Shown here: positions 50,915 to 64,000 of the stretch, in pieces | Layout of the letters: every line of letters starts with the position of its first letter | Position numbering within the stretch: position 1 is the first letter of the stretch | NCBI RefSeq assembly: GCF_006345805.1 | Contig: NC_043012.1 | Span: 19,530,001 to 19,594,000 of the forward strand | From: Octopus sinensis | Lineage: Eukaryota | Direction of reading: 5' to 3' | Length of the DNA stretch: 64,000 bases | The notes under the pieces: model-generated | The model's database searches: none | What the model saw: only the letters and a program-made list of their open reading frames with translations | What the model was told of the DNA's origin: nothing | Program-made: the position numbers and the translations under genes

Positions 50915-53429
50915 TATATTGTATAACTTCCTTAAGCGATTGTTTTAGGTTGCATAAGGTTTCTTTAATCGGAGATGTAAAAGACTAATTTACAATGCTC
51001 TAAATCTACGTTCATATATAATGAGAGAAATTGCAGATCATGAAAAATATGTAATTTTTATATCTATTTGCAAGCGAAGGACAGTTTTATGTCATACAAA
51101 AACGTTTCTAATTTAAATTTGAAAACGAACAGTCTAACTTTGCTTTTGTCTCTACTCTGTGATAATTCACTATGTCATATTTGTTCAGTTGCATTGCTTT
51201 TCTCGTGACAACGATGACTGGATCGAGAGTATTCTCCCATTTTATTAATATTACTGTATACATTTCAGATTAGGAACCTATTTCCTATTTAATTACAGCA
51301 CGTATGTACGTATGTATTTATGAATATACACATATATGAATGATTGGATATGCGTAGAAGTATGTTTTAACACATCACATTATATAAAACGGAAATTTAT
51401 AATTGAATGGGAGAGGTGTTCTTTGAATGATGTAGTCATACGTATGCAATGCTTGAGAAAAGTACACGATACTGTTTTGAAAAGCTTCGATAATAAATCA
51501 TTGATGTCAGAGCCAATTCGCGGACAATTCCCACAACTACCGTGACTACGATTATATTAATCACTACGAACAATAACAACTAAATTTAAATGTTAATATT
51601 GATGGAAAGTTTTAATCTGGAATAGTGGCCGGTAAATATTCGTAACTGAATTGACACAACCGATAATCGTGCGATATAATTTATCGCTCCAAGTCATTTA
51701 GTGGTAAGGAAACTAAGATGAATCAGCGTCACGAATACATTCAACCCCAATCACAATCCTTTACAGCTGAACAACAATATACAATTTGCAAGGATTGGAA
51801 TATTTAAAAGATGTAAGGATGTTGTTTATTAGCAACGTGTGTGTATCATATTGGCATGGAAACAATTTAATATCGTCATCTCAATAGCTAAGCCATCACC
51901 GAAATATTAAACATTCGTGTCAGAATTATGAAATGTTAATTGTATATGAAGTCAATTCTTAACATAAGCTGGAAAACATATTTAGTATGCTAATATTGGA
52001 GAACAAGTTATTACTTCTCGCACCTCTATACTATCGCTGCACTGTAGGAATTATTAAATTAGAGCATAGAAATTTAAATATATTCTGTTCAGTCACGGTG
52101 CACATTCATGCACATATGATGGGGAGTAGTATACTGAGCTAATATGTTTCAAGCAGCTAGTTTATATTATGCCAAAGCTGCATTGAATAATTACGTTTTT
52201 ATACACTGGAAAATTAGCATTTTCTCGTAAATTAAAGAAGAAAGTAAAAGATAATTTTATAAAATCGAAGCTGACATTTCCGTTAGGACGATCTATTTTA
52301 AATGTTTAAATGTTATAAATTTTACATTGCATTCCATTTTCCGGCATTTTTCTGGGAAGATGAAGAATGCAAATGAAACAAGTGACGCGCGATTATATAT
52401 TCTGACTCTCTTTAAACACATTAGAATGGCCGACAAAGAACGGAACATGTGATATTTCTTATGTTTACAACACTTTGGACCTAACTGTATAGATTTCTAA
52501 CTCGACGGAACAGTAAATCACATGTTAAATCATGACTACAGAAATTCTTCCATTACAAAGGAAGTGGAACTCACTCGTTATCCGTCACTTCTATCATGTA
52601 GTTTCTACATTTGTAGTAGTGCCACGATTGATAACATTTTCCAAATTAATCTACGTGTTATGAGGGAATTCTGTGTATGTGTATTCATGCTGCATGTTGA
52701 TAGGTTGGTACATAATCTCTCAGATTTGTTGCGATGTATATAACCAAAGTTAATATTTACCATATATGTATATTTTATATACTTCTAATTTCCTTCACTG
52801 TAGACACCTAAATGAATTTCAAGTCATTATTTCGATCAGTACTTCTTTTATGTGCCATGAATTTCGAAAACCTAGTATGAATATAATTATATATATATCT
52901 CGGTTGCTGTGTTTACTTACATTTTAATACAGCTAGTGTGAGGATATGTTCACTAAAATTATTAATCTTAAGTAATCGATGAAGGCCAAATCCCTTTATT
53001 AGATAGGTAAAACTGTAAACTAATTCATGAAAACATATTAGATATTAACTTTATAATTCAAGTAATCTACAAAAAGATATTTGTTGGAGCACTTAAAAAT
53101 CGCATTCTGTGGAATCGCATAAAAAAAATTCACCATCATTTTAGTGCATATAATTTATTCAGATGTTGCAAAACGTTGGTTAGATTGAACACGGAGTTGC
53201 TGAACTGAAGATGTTTTAAGGACCAGAGACGAATATTGACGTATTTGGTAGTATTATATAACAGGATTTATTTTCGGAACGCAGTACTACATGTAATGAA
53301 ACATTGCTTTTAGTCGAGAAGCGAGTTAGTTGGAAATTTTTAGTAAGGCTAGTGGTGAAACAATGACAGTCATTTTCCCAATAAAATGGACAGCAAAAAT
53401 GGTTAAACAGCCACGTTATCAGTATCGAA

Positions 53430-54830
53430 TTTTGAAACCAGATGCTGTGATGGAATACCAGAAGTAGTGTTGACTTATTATATGTCTCAAGAAAGAAGGA
53501 GAGTATGACTGATTAGTTCGTGAAGGATGTGTGAAACCAGAAGAGAATAGTATATATTGGTACATAGCGAATGCTAATGAACCATTGCTTTTGGAAGTGA
53601 AAAAGTTAAATTGGATGATAATTGAAGATTGCATGGAATCGTCTGAGTGTAGGACGGAGAAAGAAATTGACGCTCAAAGAAGATGGAAAAGAAAGAGTAT
53701 GTACGGGCAATTATACAGAACCCGAAACCGATTTGTTGTAGAAGTGGGCATTATGCGAAAAAGTAATCTTAAACAAGAAGAAAAAACTTTAATTGGTGGC
53801 ACACAAGAGCAAACCCTGGGGACAAATGAACGACACATGACAGTTGTAAAAAGAAAAGTATTACACAGCGTGACTATTTATAATGCTTATGGAAGCAATA
53901 TCTCTCTGAAACGCCAATGAGCAAGGTCAGTTAGAATACCTCGATTTGGAAATGCATAAAATTTAATGATTTTAGATAAATTAAGTAGACATTTACAACG
54001 TATTGATGTTAGTTAAACAAAACAGATAAATAAATGCATATCGCATTTTGAATCAAATTGTAATAAATGATAAGTCGGATATGTTTATATTAAGTTAACG
54101 TATTTTCGTTATCAGTAGTTGATGCCGAGTTATTTCAAGATTATATAATCTGGATGATGGAATTTTATCATAATATCTGTCATAAATATTTTCCCTGGTG
54201 TTTACAACAGAGTATTGCTTTGGCGCTAACAAATATTTTATAAATCAGAGCCGAATATTTTCATATTTGGTAACATTATATTACAGGACAAATTTTCGGA
54301 TATATAAGATTGCATTTAGTCCAGAAACGAATTACTTCGAAATCTTCAGTATGGTCAGTGATGAAATAATGACAGTCATTTTTCCTTTAGAATGCAGAGG
54401 AAAAGCGTTACACGGCCATGTTATCAGTGTCAAAAATTTGGAACCAGATACTGTGATAGAAAACGGCAATGACAAGATTGTGTGGGTCTTCGTTATAAAC
54501 ACTGACCATAATATCGAGACAAGAAAATCAGACATGATTATAGAGGGCAAAATAAATAAAAACTGCAAGATCATAAATTTTGCAATTCCCTCTGATAGCA
54601 GAACTGATACGAAAGAAATGGGGAAATTTGAGAAATACCAGGATCTAGGCAGAGCCCTGAGGAGACTGTGGAGTTCCGAGACAACTAAAAGTACTGTAGA
54701 TGAAAAGAATGAAAAAGCGAACAAGAATGAACGAGAAAATAATGAAGGCCTACCATAAATGTGTGGGATTACCACAGAGATCTACGTACAAAGCAAAATA
54801 ACACTGTCGATACTCTAAACGTCCTTCAAA
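53430..54830 (+). mobile_element. R4/Dong-type LINE C-terminal region, decayed, interrupted by ~450 bp of unrelated sequence (53940-54400)
   Basis: WKRKSMYGQLYR...NLKQEEKTLIGGTQEQTLGTN; then EPDTVIENGNDKIVWVFVINTDHNIETRKSDMII...INFAIPSDSRTDTKEMGKFEKYQDLGRALRRLW. Confidence 0.75.
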
Positions 54831-54849
54831 ACACACCCTCCTTTAACAG

Positions 54850-56965
54850 GACTACTGGACCAGGATAAAGCTGTTAAGGGGTTAGCAGACCAGAATGATG
54901 TGGTTAGGAGAAATAAGACAATTACACAACAGGAGGCAGAAAATATTCCAAGGCAATAAAACAAACCCAGAAAGGCCCAAGTGACGCACAGCCAAACAAC
55001 ACAACATTGGATGTAGTAAGATGCACAGATGATACAGATGAAGTCAAAGAAGAGTCGACAACAAAAAATAATAGTGCTACAATTCAGGAAGGGATCACTT
55101 TTACCAGCGACTTAAGTGAGGAAGATCAGAAGATTTTAGATGAGTTGAAGGAAGCAGATTATTTGAGACAGACCACAGGAGATGTTATAGCGAAATAAAT
55201 AATGAGGAAGGAAGTACCTTTGTTGAAAAACCTGATACAGAAAAATTCTAGAAAGTTCTGGAGTAAATTTGAAATAGGTCAGTCACTTATAACGGAGATG
55301 CAGTATGATTAATGAAAGCAAGGCAAGAATTAGTCAGTGGGAAGCAGCCATATTTAAGACTAACTAGTGAATTAATGAGTAAAATGTTAGAAAACAAACA
55401 AAATTTAGTAACACATATGTGAGAGTGAGGGCACAACATCAGGATTGCTTAAATGGAAGAATAATACCATATTTGATGACTAGAATGACAACAGTACTTC
55501 TTAGGAAAGACAAGAAACAAGGGTAAACTAGCTAGTAATTATAAACCAATGACTTGCTTACCTTAGGAGTAGGATCTGTAAATAGGAATGCTCCCAAAAA
55601 GCATTTACGAGCACCTTGACTATCAGAAATTGCTGCCAAAAGAACAGAAAGGTTTCAGGATGAAGGCAGCTTTAAATGAAGTAAAATCTGGAAAGAAAAC
55701 TTTAATATTAGCATGGATATATTATCAGTAAATCTGTGATATGATCCCACAGTCATGGATATGTAAATGTTTGAGTAAATTTGGTATAGCAAACAACATA
55801 AGAAAATGAATTCACTTTCGCACGAAGAACTTCAAATTAGATCTCTACTCACGTGACAGCCTTTGGGGAAATTAATACCAAGAGAACAATTTTCTAAGGA
55901 GACCCGTTATCCCCATTCATATCTGTCTTATGTTTAGTACCTCTCAGTTCATTAATGGGGAAGTCAATGGTAGGGTGCCAGTAAAAAATTATATAATTTG
56001 TTCTACAGGAAGGTTTTTAGTAAGTAAAATAAAATATAGACTCCTTAGAATAAGCTGTAAGACTCTTCAGCAGATGTATTGGCCAGGAATTCGGCATAGG
56101 TTAGCGTGCAATGTTAGTCCTAAAAAGGAACAAGTAGTCGGCTGTGAAAGCATCCAGATAGGCAGACATTAAAATCACTGAAAGAAGGAGAAGGATATAA
56201 CTATCCAAGAGTAAAAGAATATCACAGATTACTATCTATAGAAATGAAAATGAAATTTGAAGAATACATCACAAGGGTGACGAAGCTAATGAAAACAAAG
56301 CTAAATGGTCCGAATCTTGTGAAGGCTGTAAATACTTGGACAGTATAATTATGTAGTTACTCAGCAGCTTTTTTATATGGCAAAAAGTCTGAATTAGCAA
56401 ATCTAGACATTAGTACTATGAACGAATTCAATATGAATGGATGACATTGCGCAACTGTAGGAGTAGCAAGATTAGCCTTACCTAGAAAGGAAGGTGGAAG
56501 TGGGTTAATATCATTAGAAAAATGCTTGGTGATAGCTACAGTAGATTTAGCCACCTGTATCGGTAATAGTGAAGAAAGTTTATTAAGAACTGCTAGTCAT
56601 AGAAGGACATTGAGAAATCAAAAAGCCAAATGATGTTAAAAGCCAGAAAGAAGGAAAAAGATTATTTGACCGGCAAGAGGAGGCTTCATATATAGTAGAT
56701 TCCCGAAGATAGAAGCAAGAAATAGTAATAGGGAGCAATGGTTATGGTTGTAAAAAGGAAAGCCGAAGAGGGAGACAAAGTTTGTTAGTAGCACAAGATT
56801 AAGTATTGTTGGCTGTTAGATAAAAGCCCAATAGAAAAAAACAAGTAAATTCCCAATGTAGTTTACGTAAACCAAAAGAGGAAAGTGTTACTTATTTGGT
56901 AAAGGAAAGTAGCATGCGGGCACACAAAGAATACAGTAAGAGACATGATAACCTAGGAAATTGGT
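54850..56965 (+). mobile_element. R4/Dong-type LINE, decayed RT region through the Zn knuckle
   Basis: TVLLRKD..SNYKPMTCL; QKLLPKEQKGFR; decayed AWID..YD.IPHSW and FQGD.LSP motifs; RLALPRKEGGSGL; RHDNLG at ~56941. Confidence 0.75.
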
Positions 56966-57214
56966 TCTTAAATTTCTTAACTCTCCAGAGTATTAAGGGA
57001 CCACAATAATAAATGTTGTAATGTTGAACAGTGTGCAAGATAAAACATAAATTTATGAAGATCCTAACTTATTAAAATGTTTACAAATAAAAGACCTTTA
57101 AAACCTACAAATGCTAAAAGATCATGGAACTACTGAACATCATACAAAACCTATTTATTCATTCGCACGAGTGTTGATATTGTTTTGCAGCCCTAAGTAC
57201 ATCAAAACGTTATA

Positions 57215-57882
57215 CAGTGCTCGACAGGCAACACTTCATGTCGGCGTCAGTCACAAGCCTACCGCATGGGAAATTTGCAAAAACCTGGACCTGACCCCTG
57301 ATATAAACTAGTGGGAACACAAACCACCTCCAGTGCTTGAAAATGAGCACATCTCACACCTCTGGAACTTCACCGTTCGAACTGATAGAAAGATAGGTGC
57401 AACTAGGCCAGATATTATATTGAAAGACATCAGACGAAAAACCATACGTCCTCATTGATATGACTGTCCTAATCGACATAATTGTATCTGTCAAGACCTA
57501 CCAAAAACTGATCAGGTATAAAGATCTTGAAATAGAAATTGGCAAAATGTAGAACCTCAAGACTAAAACAATACCTTTTGTCATTGGTGCCAAAGGGGTT
57601 AATTGCAACCTAGGTCAGATACCAGGAAAGCCCAAAATAGCAGAAATTTAAAAGATAGTGCTCATGGGAACTGCCCATATATTAGTAAAGTAATGTCTAT
57701 GTAATCTCAAATTCATAATTTCCTTGTTTATTTAAACATTCTGTAGAACAATACTACGTGCAAAAACAAATATATGTCGCCCTAGGCATAACATGAACAT
57801 GAACTTCTAACTTGTCTCTTGAGGTCTCTGTGTGTGACTTGGAGTCAACTTCTACAAATACAAAACAAAAGTCAAGCATGTA
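57215..57882 (+). mobile_element. R4/Dong-type LINE REL domain and 3' UTR
   Basis: WEICKNL...WEHKPPPVLENEHISHLWNFTVRTDRKIGATRPDIILKD...YKDLEIEIGK. Confidence 0.8.
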
Positions 57883-57894
57883 ATTATAATAATA

Positions 57895-57901
57895 TTGATG
57901 A

Positions 57902-57935
<34 letters not shown>

Positions 57936-58015
57936 GGTGGTGGTGGTGGTGGTGGTGGTGGTGGTGGTGATGGTGATGGTGATGATGATGGTGATGGTGA
58001 TGGTGATGATGATGG

Positions 58016-58060
<45 letters not shown>

Positions 58061-58160
58061 CGGTGATGGTGATGATGGTGATGATGGTGATGATGATGAT
58101 GATGAAGGTGATGGTGATGATGGTGGTGGTGATGATGATGATGATGATGACGATGATGAT

Positions 58161-58191
<31 letters not shown>

Positions 58192-58270
58192 GGTGATGGT
58201 GGTGATGATGATGATGATGATGATGATGAAGGTGATGGTGATGATAGTGGTGGTGGTGGTGATGATGATG

Positions 58271-58356
<86 letters not shown>

Positions 58357-58357
58357 A
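57895..58357. repeat. Compound (GAT)n/(GGT)n microsatellite
   Basis: Direct reading. Confidence 0.95.
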
Positions 58358-59830
58358 AGCCAGTAACCTAGTTGAAACAGTGTATACATTCAGTGCTGAT
58401 ATCAGAATGGAGTTCGGTCTGAGAAAGTGTAGTGTCTTGAAGAGAGGCAAAATCAAATGTATGGAGGGGCTAAAGATACCGTCGGTGGAGGTTATGAAGC
58501 AGATACAATAGACGGGCTAGAAGTATTTGGGGATATTGGAAATGAATAATTTGATGAGAAAATAAATGACAGAAAAATTTAAGGTGGAGTACTTGCGCAG
58601 ACTGAAACTGATCTTAAAATCGAAAGTAAACGGACGGAATAAGATTGAAGCTATAAGCACGTAGGCGGTTTCACTCCTTAGATCGGGAGCAGGGGTAATC
58701 TCATGGACAGTAGACGAACTAAACATCTTAGACAGAAAGACAAGGAAGTTGCCAACCAGATATGGGATACTCCACCCAAAAAGTGACACGGACGGATTGT
58801 ATGTACCAAGAAAAAGAGGGGGAAGAGGACTTATTGGATGCGAAAAAAACATTGGAGCAAAAGAAAACAACATAGCATGGTATGCAAAAATGCCACAGGA
58901 CCCTTATTATTAGAAGATCAGGCTTGTGTAGCTTGAAAGATTGCAAAGATAAATCCCTATACAAGCAATTGAAATCGAATGAAACTAAAAATAGATGGGT
59001 AAACAAAATAATGCATGGATAATTTCATAGGGATGTTGAATATATGACAGAGAAATAAAATGGCTGTGGATGACTAAAAGGGATTTAAAACCGGAAACAG
59101 TGGCTCTAATCTCTGCTGCCCAAGTGCAAACACTAAGAACAATCTACATAAAATACAGAGTAAATATAACATCAGAAAGTAATAAATGTAGAATATGTGG
59201 ACAAAATGGTAAAACCGTATGGCATATTACCAGCCACTATACACCACTAGCCCAGAAGGAATATAAGAGAAGCCACGGCAATATAGCAAGACTTGTACAT
59301 CGGACAATTTGCAACAAGTATGGACTTGACAGAGCAAAAAATTGGTGCGACCACAAACCCGAAGACATCATCGAAAATGATAATGCAATGTTCCTGTGGG
59401 ATTTTATGATTTAGTGGGACAATGAGCTTGAGAATAGGAAGCCAAATATAGTCTTAATTGACAAAGAAAGCAAACTATGCTAGATCATAGATGTAGCATG
59501 TTCAGCTGACAACAAGTTATGCGATAAGGAAGAAAGAAAAGTCGATAGGTATAATATGTTAGCTTGGGAGGTAAAGCAGTTGTGGTCGATGAAAAAGGTG
59601 GTAGTGGTAGTACCAATAATTGTCGGAGCCCTGAGAACAGTGAGTAAAAATCTCGAGAAGTTCGTGAAACAAATAGGGGCTGAAATAAGGGTGGATCATT
59701 TGCAGAAAACAGCACGGCTTGGAACCTCTCGAATATTCCGGAAAGTGCTCGAAAAATAAGAGGTGTTACCTTAGTTTACTGGTAGTGAACAGCTGACACC
59801 TTAGTGCATCTCTAGTGTTAGAAGTTGTGC
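58358..59830 (+). mobile_element. R4/Dong-type REL LINE, 5'-truncated, ending in (AAT)n
   Basis: LVETVYTFSADIRMEFGLRKC...KYLGIL; LYVPRKRGGRGL; DLKPETVALISAAQVQTLRT...CRICGQNGKTVWHITSHY...EYKRSH (CCHC-like); LWDF...RKPNI..ID; LAWEVKQLWSMKKVVVVVPIIVGAL. Confidence 0.9.
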
Positions 59831-59855
59831 AATAATAATGATAATAATAATAATG

Positions 59856-59901
<46 letters not shown>

Positions 59902-60280
59902 TAATAATAATAATAATAAAAATAATAAAAATAATAATAATAATAATAATAGTAACAGTAATAGTAATAGTAATAATAATAATAACAATAATAATAATAA
60001 CAACAACAACAGCAACAACAGCAACAACAACAACAATAATAATAATGATAATAATTATTATTATTATTATTATTAAGAAGAAGACGAAGAAGACGAAGAA
60101 GACGAGGAAGGAAGAGGAGGGAGAGGGGGGAGATAAGAAGAAGACGAAAAAGAAGAAGAAGAAGAAGAAGAAGAAGAAGAAGAAGAAAAGAAGAAGAAGA
60201 AGAAGAAGAAGAAGAAGAAGAAAAGAAGAAGAAGAAAAGAAGAAGAAGAAGAAGAAGAAGAAGAAGAAGAAGAAGACTCT
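59831..60280. repeat. Compound (AAT)n/(AAC)n/(AAG)n microsatellite
   Basis: Direct reading. Confidence 0.95.
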
Positions 60281-60389
60281 TCTGTTGCATTCTGCAATTT
60301 CTTACTGAACAATCACACAGATGTTTTGTTTATAGTGATCATATGTTTTTTTGTTCACATAAGCGCACTCGCTTCATGACATCAACATT

Positions 60390-60545
60390 ACGTATACAGG
60401 TACACGGGATGCCACTTGTCAGGTGATGAAATGTTCACAGAGCAAAGTGAAATATTGTGCTCAAGAATTCAACGCGTCGCCCATTCTTAGTATCAAAACC
60501 ACGATCTTGCAAGCATGAGTGCAGCACCCTATCCAGTCAGTGACA
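60390..60545 (-). mobile_element. Decayed tRNA-derived SINE head and core
   Basis: Minus strand gatagggtgctgcactcatg...gatcgtggttttgatactaaga...ttcttgagcacaatatttcactttgctc has weak A/B-box-like and core-like segments. Confidence 0.4.
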
Positions 60546-60715
60546 TACATACATGCAAGCATGTATACATACATTATTTATACACATTAAATATATATGA
60601 GCATGTGTAGATATGTAATTCTATGCATGAAAATACATACATAGATACATACATACATGCATACATACATACATATATACATACATACATACAAACCTAC
60701 ATACTCACAAACAAA

Positions 60716-60955
60716 CAAAAATACCCTGTTGTTGATGTTGAAATTCCAATGAAGGAACCATGGATCACAGTTACAAGCCAATTCTTACTCTATTGGCAAG
60801 AAATCTTGAAATAAACTGAATAATGACATACATGCATGCATACATACATATTTACATACAAAATACCTTGCTGTTGATGTAGAAATTCTAATGAAAAAGC
60901 CTTGGTTCTAGGTTAGAAACAGGCTCTTTTTTAAATAAAACTGAATAATGACATA
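60716..60955 (+). repeat. Two diverged tandem copies of a ~110-bp unit separated by (CATA)n
   Basis: aaaatacc.tg.tgttgatgt.gaaatt..aatgaa...aaataaa.ctgaataatgacata at ~60717 and ~60859. Confidence 0.7.
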
Positions 60956-61499
60956 TATACATACATACATACATACAAACATATATACATGTAACTATTG
61001 GCTTTTGTGGAGGAAGGGAAATCTAACCAGCTCACCAAAGAGAAAAACAAATGAAGTCCGGGGATAGAGGTTTCGTTGTGCAATTTCACTTGTGTTCACG
61101 CAACCCCATTAATATGTTAAAACAAAGTAGCTTTCATGTTCGATATTTGCTAATATTGTTTTGCATCCAATCAGAAAATTATAGCAGGAATTGACAATGT
61201 TGTTGGAGATTATTTATATATTTGTGGTTTAAATAGTCGTAACCTTGTATGCTGCAGGGAGGCCTCAACAATGCCTAGATTGGGTAATATGTCACATCGT
61301 ATTTCGGCTTGGGTTTATGTGATACTGGTCAGCATTGATTTCTTTGAAGAGTATGAATATGTCTGTATTTGTAGCTTTGGCTTTAGTTTATAACCTCGCA
61401 CACATGACCGTTAGACAAACAATATTCATTGTCGCCGCCAAAAGAAAGAAAAAATACAAATATAGGTACGTGCATGGATGCATTTATATGTGCATGTTT

Positions 61500-61583
<84 letters not shown>

Positions 61584-61700
61584 GTATGTATGTATTTGTG
61601 TGTGTACATATATCCCTATGATATGTGTGTTTATACATATATATGTATGAGACGTGTATACATATCTCATACACATAAATACGGACAAGTACGCATGTTT

Positions 61701-61732
<32 letters not shown>

Positions 61733-64000
61733 TATATTCACATATATAAATACACATATGCATACATACATGCATACATACATGTATACATACTTACATA
61801 CATACATAAATACATACATACATACATATATACATGCATATGCATGCCTGCCATTGTAATATTATTTTCTCGGTATAAAAATATCACAGACGCAGCTATT
61901 GAGTGTCAATGTATCATAAAATGATACGGAAGAAATCCAACCACACCATCGAAATACACTTTAAAATTACGCAAAAATAAAAGAGGTATATGGTGTTATA
62001 AAATACTAACACAGCAGGATTTTTAAAAAATGATATTTTACCACATCAAAAATGTATTTGTACTTCAAAAAAATATATTTCGAGACATCAAAACAACATT
62101 CGGACGTAAATTAGCTATATCTATTACACACGAGAAAAACAATGGTCCGACATTTCCAGATAAAAAACATACTTATATGATTTGCCATCATTGATGTGTG
62201 CGTAGAAATAATGAAAATGGAAAGAGATGATTGATACATATCAGCGAACTGGACATTTGATTATATTTTTATTTTATCATCCTGCTTTGGAAAACAAAGT
62301 TGTGTATATTTTATGAATTATGATAGGTTAGATGAGTATCTGGGAACTAGCTTAATGGTATGTGTTGAATACGCAAATAGCTATAATTATCTCTAACCAT
62401 TTTCTATGCTGTGTATTTCCTGGTAATTCATCGAAATATTACCGACGGTGTATGTACAGGCTCCACAAAATTGCTTTGGGTTTTGCATAATTTATCTTAA
62501 TAAATTGTCATTGATTTAGATTCGTAATGATTATTTAGCGGAAATTCCATTGCAATGATATAAAAGCTAATTGAAAATCTTGTTAGAGAAGTACTTTTCA
62601 AGATATTTTGAAAATGTTACACATGGTATTCATTGTAAATTAATTATTCAAAACAGAATTTGTTTTAAAATATTCAGTTTATTTCATATTCCAGGGTTTC
62701 ACCATTTGCTTTAACAAAAATAAGGAATCTATTATATATAGATTTATTTATTTAGTTATTTTTTTAAATTCCAATGCATTGTAAATTAAATTGAAGCTTG
62801 GTTTGATAGATAGTAGTATAACTACTTTCGGCTTGGTGGCTTTCTATCAAATCACCAGTTTTCTATGTCTGTATTAGAGGTTCCATCAGATTGTGGTTGA
62901 ACAAACTCTGCATGAAACTGTAGAGAGAACGATACGAGAACAACTCTTTAAAAACCGAGCTTTAAAACTTACAAACTACAATCAATAATCCAGAATTTCG
63001 GTCACTGTTTAGATGGATATTAATTCGTCTCTCTTGTACATGACACTGATCTATTGCAGACAACTTTTCCAGTTATATAACATGAAAGTAGTTATTGGCC
63101 AAGCTACAGTCTACTTCAGTAGAATAATTCTTTAAACTTCTCTAAATCTAAGTATGAAAACTTTGGTCATATGATACATTTATGGACACAAATTTGTATT
63201 ATTATGATACTTGAAAAGAAAGTAGTGACATCTGCGAATTATTTTCCATTACGAATTTCCCTTTACGTTTACCAGAACCATTGTATGTGTTGGTGTTCTA
63301 TTTGTAGTGGTGTAAATCTGAAACCTGTGAAGACAAGGGTTTTCCAGGTACTAAATATCGCTCAGCTGCATAGTATTTGAGAAGCCACTTCTATGAAAGC
63401 CACTTCTATGCAGTTGTTTGCATATAATGTGTTAGTAAGAAAACCTGTAAAATCAGCGTCTGTAGAAATAAGATAAACTGAAGATAGGAAAAAATCGGAT
63501 GGAAGTATAAAGATGAAGTCTTAAACACAAGGAAAATTGATTTACCTTTAGCAAATAACCATTAGCGGATCGCAGCTACAAAATCACATTAATCCTCTGA
63601 AAATTTACAATTGAAGAAAAGATAGAACAATAAAACAAACTCAGCTGATTCTATTTTCCTTTATTTCTGAAGAAAGATGTGAACAATAATCTTCTGGTGG
63701 AAACGTGAATCATATTCTAAGCACATCTAGCACTACCCGTTCAAAGAGAATGCTAGAGAATCTGATGATGAAAACCGACCCGGACATCTTACGAAAGGAT
63801 TTGATAGAAACAAAGTAAAATAAAATTTCAAGTAAGTATAATAACTTGTGATTCTGTCTCCTGCAAAAGCTACAAAATTAAAGAGCGAATCTTAGAATAA
63901 GTCAAGGAATTAGGTTGTATCATTGGATTTATAGCGTCTTCCGTAGGACGTAGGCTGTTCTTAGCAGGGCTATTTTTTGAACAGTATGTAGTGTTGAAGA

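Noticed and set aside
57754-58456. Long poly-His / poly-Asp / poly-Met ORFs
   Set aside because: Six-frame translations of a (GAT)n/(GGT)n microsatellite
59766-60312. Poly-Asn/Ile/Lys/Leu ORFs
   Set aside because: Translations of (AAT)n/(AAG)n microsatellites

Overview
AT-rich, microsatellite-dense eukaryotic non-coding DNA. The repeat content resembles a coleoid cephalopod (Octopus-like) genome, which is my inference and not a search result. I find no convincing host protein-coding exon. Nearly all long ORFs in the track are microsatellite translations or transposon remnants. Recognisable content: three decayed Penelope-like elements (PLE; RT thumb + GIY-YIG), about seven R4/Dong-type REL LINE fragments beside trinucleotide microsatellites (44-60 kb), a CR1/L2-type 3' fragment, mariner remnants and SINE pieces. 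The main signal is a hammerhead-ribozyme (HHR) system in the first 37 kb. At 735-2256 there is a tandem array of a non-coding, highly structured ~355-bp monomer. Each unit carries a type I hammerhead (consensus cacacg-CTGACGA-gagg-TCAATA-cctc-GAAAC-tcga-GTC/cgtgtg) with an extended stem I and Schistosoma-like loop/bulge contacts, i.e. a retrozyme-like, putatively circRNA-producing element. A dispersed fold-back copy of it lies at 30931-31178. At least six other families of short PLE-terminus-like elements carry full, degenerate or half hammerheads. Many are fold-back palindromes in (TA)n with one short and one long end, folding at or just upstream of the ribozyme. Coordinates were counted by hand; boundaries of decayed elements are approximate.
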